Assembly (NCBI GenBank): GCA_037076615.1
Contig: AP029158.1
Span: 261,470 to 325,469, forward strand
Origin: Candidatus Parcubacteria bacterium
GTDB taxonomy: Bacteria > Patescibacteriota > Patescibacteriia > Patescibacteriales > UBA12465
Length of the DNA stretch: 64,000 bases
Reading direction: 5' to 3'
In this document: positions 1 to 8,617 of the stretch, in pieces
How positions within the stretch are numbered: position 1 is the first letter of the stretch
How the letters are laid out: the number at the start of each line of letters is the position of its first letter
Program-made: the position numbers and the translations under genes
The notes under the pieces: model-generated
Database searches by the model: none
Told to the model about the DNA's origin: nothing
Seen by the model: the letters and a program-made list of their open reading frames with translations, nothing else

Positions 1-1
1 G

Positions 2-622
2 GGGCCGGAAGTCTTTGCTGATTATGTGGCCGCTTTCGGTTTTGGCGCGAGAACCGGTATTGAATTAAGCGGTGAAGCTTTTGGTGATATTAATAATTTA
101 AAACAAAAAAAGATTAAAGATATTGATGCCGCCGTCGCCTCTTTTGGCCAAGGCCTAGCGGTGACTCCTTTACAAATGTTATCTTCTTATCAGGTCTTTG
201 CTAACGATGGTTATCTGATGAAGCCTTATATTGTTAAAGAGATTCGTCGCCCCGATGGTAAAGTCGAAGTTACCAGTCCGGTTCGTCAGCGCCAAGTTAT
301 TTCCGCGAAAACCGCGACCACTATTTTGGGCATGCTTGGCAATGTGGTGGTCACCGGGCATTCTAAAAAAGCGGACATCCCTGGTTATTATATTGGCGGT
401 AAAACTGGGACGGCGCAAATTGCTGTTAATGGTCAGTATGTAACTGGGCGCTATAATCACACTTTTGTGGGTATTGCGCCGATTGATGAACCTCGCTTTG
501 TCTTATTGACCAGAATTGACAGCCCCGAAGGAGTGCAGTACGCTGAAGGTTCGGCTTTACCATTATGGACAGATGTGGCCAAATTTATGCTTCAATATTA
601 TGAAGTCCCTAAGAGCAAATAA
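2..622 (+). CDS. Penicillin-binding protein, transpeptidase domain (C-terminal fragment; 5' end lies left of the window)
   Basis: The frame stays open back to base 2 (GPEVFADYVAAFGFG...). FGQG..TPLQ and GGKTGTAQ (KTG box) are typical of class B PBP/FtsI transpeptidases. It sits directly upstream of murF, as in dcw clusters. Confidence 0.85.
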   Translation, partial: GPEVFADYVAAFGFGARTGIELSGEAFGDINNLKQKKIKDIDAAVASFGQGLAVTPLQMLSSYQVFANDGYLMKPYIVKEIRRPDGKVEVTSPVRQRQVISAKTATTILGMLGNVVVTGHSKKADIPGYYIGGKTGTAQIAVNGQYVTGRYNHTFVGIAPIDEPRFVLLTRIDSPEGVQYAEGSALPLWTDVAKFMLQYYEVPKSK

Positions 623-633
623 TAATTAATTAT

Positions 634-1920
634 ATGCGGACGCTAGTGAAGAAAAGTTTAAAGTTTTTAGCCAAGCGGATTTTAGCGAAATACCGTCCTC
701 AGTTGGTGGGGATTACCGGCAGTGTTGGTAAAAGCAGTGCTAAAGAAGCAGTCTACCAAGTCCTGGCGAGCGAGTTTAGGGTGCGAGCGACGGCAAAAAA
801 TTATAATAATGAGTTGGGTGTGCCTCTAACAATTATTGGTCGAGAGTCCGGTGGACGTTCCGCTAAGGAATGGCTGAGAATCTTTTTCTATGCCTTAGGC
901 TTACTACTAAGGCGGCGGTCAGATTACCCGGAGATTTTAATTTTAGAATTAGGAGTGGATCACCCTGGTGATATGACCTATCTCTGTTCCATCGTTAGTC
1001 CGGAGGTGGGCCTAGTAACCGCCGTTTCCTACGCGCACCTCGAGTTTTTTGGCACTATTAATAACATTAAAAAAGAGAAGCAATTTTTAATTGAGCGCGT
1101 TAATAACAAGGGTTTATCAATTTTAAACTACGATAATGAGCTCGCCAGAGAAATGATGTCCGCTAGTCGGGCCCGGGTGCTTACTTATGGTTTAAATGAG
1201 AAGGCTGATTTAAGGGCGCAAGATATTGTTTATAATTTTGAAAAAGGTGATTACGATTTATCTGGGGTCCATTTTAAATTAAGTTATGACGGCGCGATCG
1301 TGCCGGTGTTTATGAAAAATGTTTTATCGGAGCCCGCTCTTTATGCAGCTTTGGCCGGTGCGGCCGTTGGTTTACACTTCAAGCTTAATTTAGTTAATAT
1401 TGCCGAGGCCTTAAATGATTTTAATTTGCCGCCTGGGCGCATGAACTTACTGGCGGGTCTCAACCATAGTTTTGTTATTGATGATACTTATAACGCTTCT
1501 CCAGATGCGGCCGTGGCCGCCTTAGATATTTTAGGACGTTTGCAGGTGGCGCCGGCTAGTAAAAAGTATGCGATCTTAGGCGATATGCGTGAAATTGGGG
1601 ACTTTACTGAAGATGGCCACCGCTTAGTCGGCAAAAAAGCCGCCGCCGCTGGTGTTTATCAATTGCTGGTGGTGGGCGATTGTGCTCAGTTTATTAAAGA
1701 AGGTGCTCTAGAGACCGGATTAGCCGCCGAAAAAATTAAACATTTTACTAACAATCAGGAGGTAATTGATTTTATTAGCCCCTTAATTACTTTTGGAGAT
1801 GTTATTTTAGTCAAAGGTTCGCAGGCGATGCGCCTCGAGGGAATTGTCAAAGCTATTATGGCCGAACCTGAGCGGGCCGGCGAGTTATTAGTACGCCAGG
1901 GGCCAGAATGGCGCCAATAA
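634..1920 (+). CDS. murF: UDP-N-acetylmuramoyl-tripeptide--D-alanyl-D-alanine ligase
   Basis: Mur ligase P-loop GITGSVGKSS. The central and C-terminal Mur ligase regions carry DDTYNASP and VLVKGS. Length is 428 aa and it is adjacent to the PBP gene. Confidence 0.9.
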   Translation: MRTLVKKSLKFLAKRILAKYRPQLVGITGSVGKSSAKEAVYQVLASEFRVRATAKNYNNELGVPLTIIGRESGGRSAKEWLRIFFYALGLLLRRRSDYPEILILELGVDHPGDMTYLCSIVSPEVGLVTAVSYAHLEFFGTINNIKKEKQFLIERVNNKGLSILNYDNELAREMMSASRARVLTYGLNEKADLRAQDIVYNFEKGDYDLSGVHFKLSYDGAIVPVFMKNVLSEPALYAALAGAAVGLHFKLNLVNIAEALNDFNLPPGRMNLLAGLNHSFVIDDTYNASPDAAVAALDILGRLQVAPASKKYAILGDMREIGDFTEDGHRLVGKKAAAAGVYQLLVVGDCAQFIKEGALETGLAAEKIKHFTNNQEVIDFISPLITFGDVILVKGSQAMRLEGIVKAIMAEPERAGELLVRQGPEWRQ

Positions 1921-1943
1921 ATTTTCAATTATTTTCTTTAAAA

Positions 1944-1966
1944 ACCGTCACTAATGGCGGTTTTTT
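1944..1966 (+). terminator. Rho-independent terminator after murF
   Basis: 7-bp stem accgtca/tggcggt (one G-U pair), 4-nt loop, followed by TTTTTT. Confidence 0.6.
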
Positions 1967-1979
1967 AGAGGTTTTTGGC

Positions 1980-2008
1980 TTGCTTATTGAAAAAGTCTGA
2001 CTTATAAT
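1980..2008 (+). promoter_or_regulatory. Sigma-70-type promoter candidate for the rfbD operon
   Basis: TTGCTT - 17 nt - TATAAT, located 28 nt upstream of the ATG at 2037. Confidence 0.45.
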
Positions 2009-2036
2009 AAATCCAGTTGGTTGTTAATAATTATTT

Positions 2037-2894
2037 ATGAAAATTTTGATTATTGGTAGTCGAGGCGCGCTCGGACAGCAGTTAAGTCGGGTTTTATCGG
2101 TGGATCACGAATTGGTGGGGTGGGACTTTCCGGAAGTAACTTTGACTGATCTAAAATCTTTACCGGCAAAATTAGAAATTTTAAAACCGGATTTGATTAT
2201 AAACGCCGCCGCGTATAATATGGTTGATAAATGCGAACAGGATGAAGCGGAAAAAGAATTAGCTTTTACTTTAAACGAATCTTTACCAAAAACTTTAGCG
2301 ACTTTTTGTGCGGCTAATAAAATTGTTTTGATTCACTATTCCACTGATTATGTTTTTAGTGGTGCGGGCGAACAAGAATTGAATGAGGCCGCTCAACCAG
2401 CGCCAATTAATGTTTATGGAGCTAGTAAGGCGGCCGGGGAGCAAGCGGTGGTTAGCACTATTGGTCTCGATTATTACTTAATTCGAACTTCGAAATTGTT
2501 CGGGCCCAAAGGTGATAGTCCTTTTGCTAAAAATTCTTTTTTTGCGACCATGAAAAAATTGATCGAGGAAAAAACAGTTTTAGAAGTGGTTGATGATGAG
2601 CGGAGCTGCTTCACTTATACGCCTGATTTAGCCGCTGCTACGGCCACCCTCATTACTGAAAAATACCCAGTCGGCATTTATCATCTAACTAATCCGCCGG
2701 CGGCGACCTGGTATGAAGGAGTTGTAGCTTTAAAAGAATTAGTGGCTTTAACGGTGGAAGTTTTACCAATCACCGGGGCAAATTTAGAGCGCCCGGCGAA
2801 ACGGCCGGCTGACTCCGCTTTGATTAATACAAAATTTCCCCCCCTGCGAGATTATCGAGAGGCTTTAAAAGAGTATTTAAATAATTTTCTATGA
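2037..2894 (+). CDS. rfbD: dTDP-4-dehydrorhamnose reductase
   Basis: N-terminal Rossmann ILIIGSRGALG, STDYVF, and YGASK (YxxxK catalytic motif). Its stop overlaps the next gene in an ATGA. Confidence 0.85.
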   Translation: MKILIIGSRGALGQQLSRVLSVDHELVGWDFPEVTLTDLKSLPAKLEILKPDLIINAAAYNMVDKCEQDEAEKELAFTLNESLPKTLATFCAANKIVLIHYSTDYVFSGAGEQELNEAAQPAPINVYGASKAAGEQAVVSTIGLDYYLIRTSKLFGPKGDSPFAKNSFFATMKKLIEEKTVLEVVDDERSCFTYTPDLAAATATLITEKYPVGIYHLTNPPAATWYEGVVALKELVALTVEVLPITGANLERPAKRPADSALINTKFPPLRDYREALKEYLNNFL

Positions 2895-3616
2895 AAGGAA
2901 TAATCTTGTCTGGCGGTAGCGGTACTCGTCTTCGCCCTTTAACAAAAATAACTAGTAAGCAATTGCTACCGATTTATGATCGGCCGATGATTTATTACCC
3001 TTTAAACACTTTAATTAAGGCAGGGATTAAAGAAATTTTAATCATTGTTGCTCCCGAGCGCGCCGGCGATTACTTAAATCTTTTAGGTAGCGGTCAGCAA
3101 TGGGGAGTGAAGCTGACTTACGAAATTCAGGACGAGCCCAAAGGTTTAGCGCAAGCCTTTTTAATTGGTGAGAATTTTATTGATGATGATAATGTCGCGC
3201 TCATTTTAGGCGATAATATTTTTGAAGATGATTTGGCGGCCGAAATAAAAAATTTTTCCGGCGGCGCCAAAATATTTGCCAAGTCCGTTCCTGATCCGGA
3301 ACGTTTCGGCGTAGTTAAATTTAATGATCGTCAGGAGGCGGAAAAACTGGTGGAAAAACCAAAAGAATTTTTAAGCTCTTATGCGGTTACTGGTTTATAT
3401 GTCTGCGATTCGCGCGCGGCAGAATTTGCCAAAGAAATAAAGCCGAGCGACCGCGGGGAATTAGAGATTGTTGATGTCTTGAATAAATATTTAGAAAAAA
3501 ATGAATTAACGGTGGCCTCAGTTAGTGGTGAATGGTTAGACGCCGGCACTTTTGATAGCCTGCTTAAAGCGCAAATTTTGGCTAAAGACCATTTAACAAA
3601 AAACATGATTATCTAA
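2891..3616 (+). CDS. Sugar-phosphate nucleotidyltransferase, short glucose-1-phosphate thymidylyltransferase-like form
   Basis: MKGIILSGGSGTRLRPLT signature (GxGTRLxPxT) and a YGVV-like region FGVVKF. At 241 aa it is shorter than classical RmlA. Confidence 0.75.
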   Translation: MKGIILSGGSGTRLRPLTKITSKQLLPIYDRPMIYYPLNTLIKAGIKEILIIVAPERAGDYLNLLGSGQQWGVKLTYEIQDEPKGLAQAFLIGENFIDDDNVALILGDNIFEDDLAAEIKNFSGGAKIFAKSVPDPERFGVVKFNDRQEAEKLVEKPKEFLSSYAVTGLYVCDSRAAEFAKEIKPSDRGELEIVDVLNKYLEKNELTVASVSGEWLDAGTFDSLLKAQILAKDHLTKNMII

Positions 3617-3618
3617 TT

Positions 3619-4590
3619 ATGAAACTAGCGGTGGGTTTTATCACTTTTAATAGCGCGACGGCCATTTATTTGCCCTATTTTTTAGATAGCTTATTTAAAG
3701 CGTTGACCGCTTGGCCTGAAGAAAGTTTAAAGATTTTGGCAATTGATAATAGCGACGAGGAGGATAACCATAACCAAGATTATGTGGCTGAGTTTATCAA
3801 TCGCACCCAGGCGCTAATTGATTTTGAGTGGTCCGGAGTAAATCTTGGTTTTTCTAAAAGTTATAATCGGATGATTAGTAAGGCTGCCGACTGGGGGGCT
3901 GATTATTTTTTAATGATTAATCCTGATACCGTGATTGACCCCGAAGCTATTAATTTATTAGTGGCTGCTTTAGAAGTTAATCAGGGCTGGGGGTCAGTCG
4001 CTCCGAAAATTAAACGCTGGGATTTTGAAAAATTACAACTCACTAATTATCTTGACAGCTGTGGTCTGAAAATGGGCACCGGTTTACACTTTTTTGATTT
4101 AGGTCAAGGTGAATTAGATGAAAAACAATATGATCGGGCCGAAATTTTGGGCCCCTCGGGGGCGGCGGCCTTATTTAGAATGACAGCGTTAACCGCCGTT
4201 AAAGAAGCGACCGGTTATTTAGATGAGCGCTTTTTTATGTATAAAGAAGACTGTGATTTAGCTTATCGCTTAAATAAGGCTGGCTGTCCCTGCCATCTTG
4301 TGCCCGCGGCTCTTGTTTATCATGACCGAACAGTGGCGACTCCCGGCCGGGGTTTTAAAGACCGCCTAGCTTCACGCCGCGCGCGCAGCCGGAAGGTGCG
4401 CTCTTGGTCTTTTATAAATCAGCATTTATTATTTTTTAAACATTGGTCATATCAAGAAGCAAAAGACAAACTAATTATCATCTCCAAGCTTTTAAAAATG
4501 GCTATTTGGGTTCTTATTTTTGAACCTTTTTTACTTAAAGATTACAAGAAAATTAATGAATTGCGCCGAGTGCCAACCAACTTCCACTAA
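3619..4590 (+). CDS. Glycosyltransferase family 2 (rhamnosyltransferase-like)
   Basis: N-terminal GT-A fold (VGFITFN, AIDNSD). MINPDT is a DxD-equivalent and YKEDCDLAYR is an ED motif. It is coupled to the rfb genes. Confidence 0.8.
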   Translation: MKLAVGFITFNSATAIYLPYFLDSLFKALTAWPEESLKILAIDNSDEEDNHNQDYVAEFINRTQALIDFEWSGVNLGFSKSYNRMISKAADWGADYFLMINPDTVIDPEAINLLVAALEVNQGWGSVAPKIKRWDFEKLQLTNYLDSCGLKMGTGLHFFDLGQGELDEKQYDRAEILGPSGAAALFRMTALTAVKEATGYLDERFFMYKEDCDLAYRLNKAGCPCHLVPAALVYHDRTVATPGRGFKDRLASRRARSRKVRSWSFINQHLLFFKHWSYQEAKDKLIIISKLLKMAIWVLIFEPFLLKDYKKINELRRVPTNFH

Positions 4591-4644
4591 ACACTTGACT
4601 AATATAATATAATATGCTAAATTGGGGCTAATATTTATTGAATT

Positions 4645-4666
4645 AAAGTCTTAAAAAGACTTTTTT
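4645..4666 (+). terminator. Rho-independent terminator after the GT2 gene
   Basis: Stem aaagtctt/aagacttt, 3-nt loop, then a T-run. Confidence 0.5.
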
Positions 4667-4742
4667 AAAAAATATTTTTTAGACCTTTTCTGGTCTTAAG
4701 TGGGGGCCTAGATAGTTATAATTAAGGGATAATTTTTTTAAT

Positions 4743-5795
4743 ATGGAAAATATTCTCGAAAAAATCGTTAAAGAACAAAAACAAGAAGAACTGGAAAAAC
4801 TGAATGCGATCAAAATCGTGGACAGTTTGTTTGACGAATTACCGGAGCGAGAATCTGATGTTTTGTCACGGCGCTATGGTTTGCGTGGTGGTCGCGGTGA
4901 GACTTTGGAAAAAATTGGACAAACACATAATTTAACCCGCGAGCGGGTTAGGCAAATCGAATCAGCGAGCGTGAAAAAAATTAAAAAACTGGAAAAGATT
5001 GATTCCTGTTTAAGCTCTTTTAAAGAAGCGGTTTCGGAATTAATTAAACGTCATGGAGGCCTACTTAATCGTGAATACTTATTAGATATTCTAACGGTTT
5101 ATGCTTTAGAATTGGGCGGCGAAAATTGCCGGGAACTTGATTCGGAGATGAAAGAAGTTTATCGCAATCATGCGGACTTTTTGATTTCTAAGCTCTTGGA
5201 AGATGAGATTGAAATTGTTAAAAAATCCGATCGTTTTGTCGTCTCTTATAAATTAAAATCCGCAGAAACCAGAGCTTTAGAGGAGTTGGCTGATGATTTA
5301 TTAAGTAAAGTTTCTCATTTAAGCGAGACAATGCCGACGGCCGACTTATTAGAATTAATTAAGAGTTTGGACGCTTACAATCGTTATCAAGGTGAAATCC
5401 GCCGTGAAGAAGATTTAGACGTGACGCCAATCTTTAAGAGTAAAATTTTCCCCGACCAGGGTGAGCTGATTAATTCCAATAAAGTTTTGTATGGCTTGTT
5501 GCGTGCGGTCCGCGGCGTGGCCCGAAATAATTTCGGTTATTGGGGCTCAACCGCTTCGCATGAAATCCGACCCAAGACGGTCAATGATAAAATCTATTTA
5601 ATTTTAAAGAATGCCGGACACCCCTTACATTTTACCGAAATCGCTCAAAAAATTAATGAAGTGAAGTTTGATAAAAAAACCGCTAACCCCGCGACCGTGC
5701 ACAATGAATTAATTTTAGATAGTCGTTACGTTCTAACGGGTCGAGGTCGCTATGGTTTAAAGGAGTGGCAAGAAGTTCCGGTTGAGAAAATATAA
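4743..5795 (+). CDS. Sigma-70 region-4-only protein with a C-terminal HARE-HTH-like winged helix
   Basis: LPERESDVLSRRYGL...ETLEKIGQTHNLTRERVRQIESASVKKIKKL matches the sigma-70 region 4.2 HTH. Only about 30 aa precede it, so there is no region 2 or 3. The C-terminus KIYLILKNAGHPLHFTEIAQKI...GRGRYGLKEW resembles the HARE-HTH of RNAP delta. Confidence 0.6.
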   Translation: MENILEKIVKEQKQEELEKLNAIKIVDSLFDELPERESDVLSRRYGLRGGRGETLEKIGQTHNLTRERVRQIESASVKKIKKLEKIDSCLSSFKEAVSELIKRHGGLLNREYLLDILTVYALELGGENCRELDSEMKEVYRNHADFLISKLLEDEIEIVKKSDRFVVSYKLKSAETRALEELADDLLSKVSHLSETMPTADLLELIKSLDAYNRYQGEIRREEDLDVTPIFKSKIFPDQGELINSNKVLYGLLRAVRGVARNNFGYWGSTASHEIRPKTVNDKIYLILKNAGHPLHFTEIAQKINEVKFDKKTANPATVHNELILDSRYVLTGRGRYGLKEWQEVPVEKI

Positions 5796-5824
5796 AACAA
5801 AATTTAGCTTAAAAATAAAAGTGA

Positions 5825-5855
5825 AAACGCCTCTGGTAGGCGTTTTTATTTTTGG
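5825..5855 (+). terminator. Rho-independent terminator
   Basis: Stem aaacgcct/aggcgttt with a 5-nt loop, followed by TTTTTATTTTT. Confidence 0.6.
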
Positions 5856-5877
5856 GGAGATATGGTAAAATAGGGCT

Positions 5878-7413
5878 ATGAATATTGAGATTGACACCTC
5901 ACGTTTGGATTATTTTTTTGCGGCCGATTTTGGTGAAATGATGTGGCTTTTTTTTGCCAACGTTGGTTGGATTATTTTGGCGATCTTTTTTCTTTTAGGG
6001 GTTCGGGAAATTTATCTTTTTTATATTCAAACTAAATTTGCCAAAGGTTTGAAGTATGTCTTATTGGCGGTTGATGTTCCTCGAGGTAATGCCCAATCGC
6101 CGAAGGCCGTGGAAAATCTTTTTACTTATTTAGGCGGAGCTCATGGCTCGGTAAGTTTTTATGAAAAATGGTTTGAGGGGCGCTTTCAGCAAGCGTTTAG
6201 TTTTGAAATTATCGGTATTGATGGCTACACGCAATTTGCTATTCGCACTCCCGTCGAGCAACGCTTTCTTTTAGAATCGGCAATTTATTCACAGTATCCC
6301 GATGCGGAAATAAGTGAGATTGATGATTATACTCCGAATGTTCCTAATCGTTTTCCTGATGACGAGTGGGATCTCTGGGGTGGCGAATTTATTTTAAGCG
6401 CTCCTGACGCTTATCCGATTAAGCTTTATTCGGAATTTGAGTCCATGCAAGGGGAACCGGAAGAGCGCTTTAAAGACCCAATGGCTAGTTTAATGGATTT
6501 AACTAGCTCTTTAAATAAGGGCGAACAACTGTGGTTGCAATTTATTGTGATTCCCACAGATTTTGCTTGGGTGAAGCGTTCCGATGCCGAGGTTGATAAA
6601 ATTTTAGGGAAGACACCTAAGACTAAACAAGGGCTATTTATGAGTTTCTTGATTTGGTTAGGTGAGCTTAGTGAACAAGTTTTTGCTATTTGGAAGGATA
6701 TTAAACCGAAAGAAGAAAAAAAGGCACTTTCCATGATGGAACTAACGCCTAAGAAAATAAAACAAATTGAAGGTGTTCAGAATAAAGCTTCAAAACTCGG
6801 GTTTGGTTTTAAGATGCGGGTGATTTGTATTGGTCGCAAAGGTATTTTTAATAAGGGGAAAATGGTTTCCGGTCTGGTTGGTTGGGTCAAGCAATTTACG
6901 GCCTTGGATTTAAATGGCTTTAAACCGGATATGAAAGTAACGGCGACTAAAACGGCTTATTTTAGAAAAGATGCGCGTCTCGTAACCAAGAAGAACATTA
7001 TCATGCAAAATTATGTTAACCGATCTCTTGCTGGGCGCCCGCCGTCAATTTTGAATATTGAAGAGCTGGCGACGCTCTGGCATTTTCCTTTAGATGCAGT
7101 CGTTAAGGCGCCGTTAATCCAAAAGGCGCCGGGACGAAAATCCGATGCTCCGGCCGCACTGCCGCTCGCCGATGATATCTCTAACACTCAAGCGCCACCA
7201 CCAGATATTTTTAGTGGTCTAACCAAGAAGAAAGAGCAGCCGACTTCAGAAAAAACAGTTGCTGAAAATAATAGTGCTGTGGTTGGAGATGATCGTTTTT
7301 GGTTGGAACCGAGCGGTCCGGCTCAGAATAATTTTTATCAACACGCTCCAAAAACAGCGGTCGAAAAATTGAGCGATACGGCTGAGCCACCGGCCGATTT
7401 ACCTTTTGTTTAA
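5878..7413 (+). CDS. Hypothetical two-TM membrane protein with a large soluble domain
   Basis: 511-aa ORF with N-terminal hydrophobic helices (MMWLFFANVGWIILAIFFLLGV). No Walker A is visible. It has an ELATLWHFP motif and a Pro/Ala-rich tail, and it is first in a tightly packed operon. Confidence 0.7.
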   Translation: MNIEIDTSRLDYFFAADFGEMMWLFFANVGWIILAIFFLLGVREIYLFYIQTKFAKGLKYVLLAVDVPRGNAQSPKAVENLFTYLGGAHGSVSFYEKWFEGRFQQAFSFEIIGIDGYTQFAIRTPVEQRFLLESAIYSQYPDAEISEIDDYTPNVPNRFPDDEWDLWGGEFILSAPDAYPIKLYSEFESMQGEPEERFKDPMASLMDLTSSLNKGEQLWLQFIVIPTDFAWVKRSDAEVDKILGKTPKTKQGLFMSFLIWLGELSEQVFAIWKDIKPKEEKKALSMMELTPKKIKQIEGVQNKASKLGFGFKMRVICIGRKGIFNKGKMVSGLVGWVKQFTALDLNGFKPDMKVTATKTAYFRKDARLVTKKNIIMQNYVNRSLAGRPPSILNIEELATLWHFPLDAVVKAPLIQKAPGRKSDAPAALPLADDISNTQAPPPDIFSGLTKKKEQPTSEKTVAENNSAVVGDDRFWLEPSGPAQNNFYQHAPKTAVEKLSDTAEPPADLPFV

Positions 7414-7417
7414 ATGT

Positions 7418-8617
7418 ATGAAAAGAAAATCTACTCCCCGGCGCACTATCGGCGTCGATGCTCGTTTTTATGGCCCTCTAGGAAAAGGGCTGGGGCGCTA
7501 CACTCAAGAAGTGGTTGATAACGTCATTAGAATTAATCAAGACGAACCGCTAGATTTCGTAATTTTTTTATCACCGGATAATTTTGATGAATTTGTTTGC
7601 CCCAATGAAAATGTGCGCAAAGAATTAATTAAGGCACGTTGGTATTCTTTGGCGGAACAATTTGAGGTGCCTTATAAATGGTGGCGGGCGAAAATTGACC
7701 TGATGCATTTTCCGCATTTTAATGTCCCTTTAATTAAAATGGGGGCATTTGTGGTTACTATCCATGATCTTATTTTGACGAAGTTTCCGACGGTGCGAGC
7801 TACCACCAGGCCCCCTTTTATTTATTGGCTAAAGGATAAGGCTTATCGTTTGGTCATTAGATTAGCGATTAAAAAAGCTAAACAGGTGATTACGGTTTCT
7901 GAATTTACGAAAAAAGATTTAATAGCTCAATTTAAAACGCCGCTGGAAAAAATTATTGTCACCTATGAGGGGGTGGCGAATTTAAGCAAGGGCGGAGATT
8001 CTCTTTTTGTGGCCAAGCTTGATCACCAGCGCACCTTGGAACTTTATAATATTCGCAGCCCTTACTTGTTATATGTTGGTAATGCTTATCCACATAAAAA
8101 TTTAGAAGGTTTAATTAGAGTTTTTGCTGAACTGCGAAAGGGGTATCCGGATTTACGTTTAGTGTTAGTGGGGAAAGAAGATTTTTTCTATGAGCGGGTG
8201 CGTCTTTACGCCCAGCAATTAAATTTATGGCAAAAAGAGAATCATAATACTCCGGTCGTTTTTCCTGGCTATGTCCCCGATGTTGATTTGGAGACCTTGT
8301 TCCAAGAAGCCACTCTCTATGTTTTTCCTTCTCTTTATGAAGGCTTCGGTCTGCCGCCACTTGAAGCGATGGTTTATGGCTGTCCAGTGGCGAGCTCTAA
8401 TTGTGCTAGTATGCCGGAAATATTAGGAGCGGCTGCGGTTTATTTTAACCCTGAGAATGAGAAAGAAATGCGAATGGTGGTTGGTGATCTTTTAAAAAAT
8501 AGAGATGCCAGGGAAGAGTTAAAAGTTTTAGGAAAACAGCAGGTGAAAAAATATAATTGGTGGGAATGTGCTTGTCTAACCTCTGAAATCTACAAACGCT
8601 TACTAATTAAAGGTTAA
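7418..8617 (+). CDS. Glycosyltransferase family 4 (GT-B, GT1 clan)
   Basis: FPSLYEGFGLPPLEAM signature (the E-x7-E region). I moved the start from the TTG at 7406 to the in-frame ATG at 7418, just after the upstream stop. Confidence 0.85.
   Translation: MKRKSTPRRTIGVDARFYGPLGKGLGRYTQEVVDNVIRINQDEPLDFVIFLSPDNFDEFVCPNENVRKELIKARWYSLAEQFEVPYKWWRAKIDLMHFPHFNVPLIKMGAFVVTIHDLILTKFPTVRATTRPPFIYWLKDKAYRLVIRLAIKKAKQVITVSEFTKKDLIAQFKTPLEKIIVTYEGVANLSKGGDSLFVAKLDHQRTLELYNIRSPYLLYVGNAYPHKNLEGLIRVFAELRKGYPDLRLVLVGKEDFFYERVRLYAQQLNLWQKENHNTPVVFPGYVPDVDLETLFQEATLYVFPSLYEGFGLPPLEAMVYGCPVASSNCASMPEILGAAAVYFNPENEKEMRMVVGDLLKNRDAREELKVLGKQQVKKYNWWECACLTSEIYKRLLIKG

Noticed and set aside
179-460. Antisense and off-frame ORFs inside well-supported genes. 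Examples are 179-460, 231-443, 3379-3606, 6426-6734, 8115-8360, 9787-10104, 11036-11278, 14286-14672, 14811-15062 and 15983-16617. Others are 23120-24162, 25570-25758, 29477-29723, 30657-30848, 33838-34038, 37476-37661 and 41097-41315. The rest are 44063-44284, 48486-48707, 49039-49356, 50103-50321, 51464-51667, 53721-53957, 54744-54926, 55969-57200, 57400-57627 and 60160-60921.
   Set aside because: Each lies wholly within a longer ORF that has clear family motifs. Their translations are low-complexity or have no recognisable features. They are typical shadow ORFs.
2891-2894. Possible UGA recoding (code 25 or code 4), as seen in some candidate phyla.
   Set aside because: TGA ends well-aligned genes at ATGA overlaps (2891-2894, 55176-55179, 55874-57877 region at 55874-55877) and at 35437-35439. 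No conserved domain is interrupted by an in-frame TGA.
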